This document shows positions 61,815 to 64,000 of a stretch of DNA of 64,000 bases, piece by piece; the first letter of the stretch is position 1, and each line of letters begins with the position of its first letter. The DNA is from Felis catus (Eukaryota). Under the pieces are notes generated by a model that did no database searches, was not told the origin of the DNA, and saw nothing but the letters and a program-made list of their open reading frames with translations. The stretch covers positions 194,248,001 to 194,312,000 of the forward strand of contig NC_058368.1 in NCBI RefSeq assembly GCF_018350175.1, read 5' to 3'. The translations under genes were made by a program, and so were the position numbers.

Positions 61815-62962
61815 AAGTAGGACTATAGTAAACTAAAAAGCCTCAGCACAATAAAGGAAACAATTAAAAAGGCAACCTACATAGTGGAAGAAAATATTCG
61901 CAAACGATATATCAATAAAGGGTTAATGTCCAAAACAAAGAAATAATTCATACAACTCAATAGCAAAAACCTAAGGAATCCAATTTAAAAATAGGAAAAG
62001 GACCTAAACAGACATTTTCCCAAAGACGTTCAAATGGACAACACATACATGAAAAGGTTCTCACCATCACAAACCATTAGGGGAATGCAAATCAAAACCA
62101 TAATGAGTTATCAATTCAACACCTTAAAATGGCTATTATCACAAAAACAAGGGATAGTAAATGTTGATTAGGATGTGGAGAAAACGGAATCCTTACATGC
62201 CATTAGTGATATTGTAAATTGTTACAGCTATTATGGAAAACAGTATGGGAGTTGCTCAAAAAATTAAAAATAGAACTATCTGATGATCCAGGAATCTTAC
62301 TCCTGGGTATATATCTGAAGGAAGTGAAATCACTGTCTCAAAGAGATACCTGCCCATGTGCATTACAGCATTATTCACAATAGCCAAGATATGGAAATAA
62401 TCTAAATATCTTACCATGATAAATGAATAAAGACATGAGATATGTATGTATGTATATATGTAAATATATATGTGTGTGCGCAAATATAATATGTATTATA
62501 TCTAAAGGAATATACAATGTGAGATGTATACATACGTACATATACTATGCACATATACACATGCACACACACAGGAATATTATTCAGCCATTAAAAAGGA
62601 CGAAATCTTGTCATTTCCAACAACTTGGATGAAGTTGGAGGACATTACTCTAAGTGAAAATAAGCTGAAGTATCAATTATATGGTATCAATTATATGTGC
62701 AATCTAAAAGGCATAACTTGTATGTGGAATTTTTTAAAATGTGGAATTTTCAATTTCGTAGAAACAGAAAAGAATGGTGGTTTCCAGGGGCTGGGGGAAA
62801 GGGATAAATGCAGAGAGGTAGGTCAAAGGGTGCAAACTTTCAGTTATAAGACTAAGTTCTGAGGACCTAATGTACGGCATGGTGACCATAGTTAAAAAAT
62901 ACAATATTTTACACTTGAACATTAGCTGAGAGTAGATATTAAACATTCACCATATAGACACA

Positions 62963-62963
<1 letters not shown>

Positions 62964-63001
<38 letters not shown>
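62964..63001. repeat. (CA)n microsatellite within the L1 3' UTR
   Basis: Read directly from the sequence. Confidence 0.95.
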
Positions 63002-63005
<4 letters not shown>

Positions 63006-63389
63006 TAACTATGTGAGGTGATGGATGTATTAATTATCTTGGTCTTGGTAATCATTCCACTATGTATGTATGTGTGTGAGTGTGTGTGTATGTGTGTGTA
63101 TAAAATCATCAAACTGTATACTTTAAATATACACAACTATATTTGTCAATTAGTACTCAGTAAGGTTAGAAAACAAATTTATCATCAGATAATACTAGGG
63201 TTGCACTTTGCCTTAGAATCACAAAGGGAGAAAAAGGAAAGAATCATCTGAAGTTTGCCTTAAGTTACAGGGCGAAGTCTTACTACAAAGATGCTAAAGC
63301 AGGAAAATTCCAGGAATTCACAGGAGAAATGAAGTGCTCAGGGATTGTGGCACACTCTTTTCTTGCTTTCTGTCCAGGTTTTCCACTCC

Positions 63390-64000
63390 ACCTTAGTTCC
63401 GCACACACTTACAAAGCCCATGATTTGGATCAATTCTACAATCTTCTCTCTCTGCTCCTCTGATCAGGCCACCCAGCATTGCTGAAGAAATCCAATTCAC
63501 TGTGTAAATTGGCGTCTCTACAACTTCATGAGCTGGGCATATTTACAAGCTTTATGCTTTTTTTGGTCAGCTCACTTTCCCATCCTTTTTGGGGATTTCC
63601 AAGCTTTTCTCACTCTCTTCAAGCCCAACACTCAGCCCTTAGATGGCCGTATCTCCCATTTCATAAAACAACTGAGGCTACCAAAAGTCATTTGTATCAA
63701 CTTCCTACTCTACCCAACCATTAACATGCCTATATCTATACCAATCCTCACCTTCATTACTCTACTCCTTGAAAATAATATGCTGTGGTATTCCCTCTAG
63801 AAGCTGCTCTCTCTTATATTAACATCCCTTTTCCAACCTCTGGTTATATATGTTCAAGTGTAGTCTGAACAACTTCATCTGAATCTCCCATAACTATCTA
63901 AAATGCAGCTGGTCTAAAACTTACATCTCCCCCCACCCTTGCTTTTTCCTACCAAGATTCTCAATCACTTGTTACTACCAAAAAGCTGTAAACCCGAGGG
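63390..64000 (+). mobile_element. L2 fragment (ORF2-derived, degenerate)
   Basis: Pyrimidine-rich L2-like text: gcattgctgaagaaat...tctacaacttcatga...ttctcactctcttcaagccc...ctcccatttcataaaacaactgaggctacc. Confidence 0.65.

Larger units (their letters stand above)
61195..63175 (+). mobile_element. L1MA8/9-like 3' portion (about 1.7 kb of L1 sequence), interrupted by a SINE and microsatellites
   Basis: ORF2 3' text (gtactggcataaaaacag; EYYSAIKKDEILSFPTTWMKLEDITLSE) and 3' UTR ctttcagttataag...taactatgtgaggtgatggatgtattaatt. Confidence 0.92.

Overview
Mammalian, almost certainly felid (cat-family), genomic DNA. It is AT-rich, CpG-poor and dominated by interspersed repeats: feliform CAN-SINEs including the young SINEC_Fc type, L1s of several ages, MIR, L2, L3/CR1, MaLR and ERV1 LTRs, and hAT MITEs. 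No intact protein-coding gene is visible, and the longer ORFs in the supplied track trace to L1 remnants, SINEs or microsatellites. Main structures are two full-length but dead L1s (3053-9642 with a perfect 13-bp TSD; 35972-42570 nested inside a complete LTR-internal-LTR MaLR at about 34494-44333) and two 5'-inverted (twin-primed) L1 stubs with perfect TSDs. The most unusual items are (i) a 45-bp tailless retrocopy of the 5' half of tRNA-Arg(TCT), probably from the unspliced precursor, flanked by a perfect 17-bp TSD (30055-30099); (ii) two candidate minus-strand small exons (23338-23365, 28 nt; 27523-27590, 68 nt; together 96 nt) which, with the + strand bias of L1/LTR insertions, suggest the window lies in a long intron of an unidentified minus-strand gene; (iii) a templated inverted insertion that creates a hairpin and a stop codon in the L1 endonuclease motif (5709-5734). 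I did not find a convincing wholly new biological system. Repeat subfamily names are from recalled consensus similarity, and boundaries of old elements are approximate.
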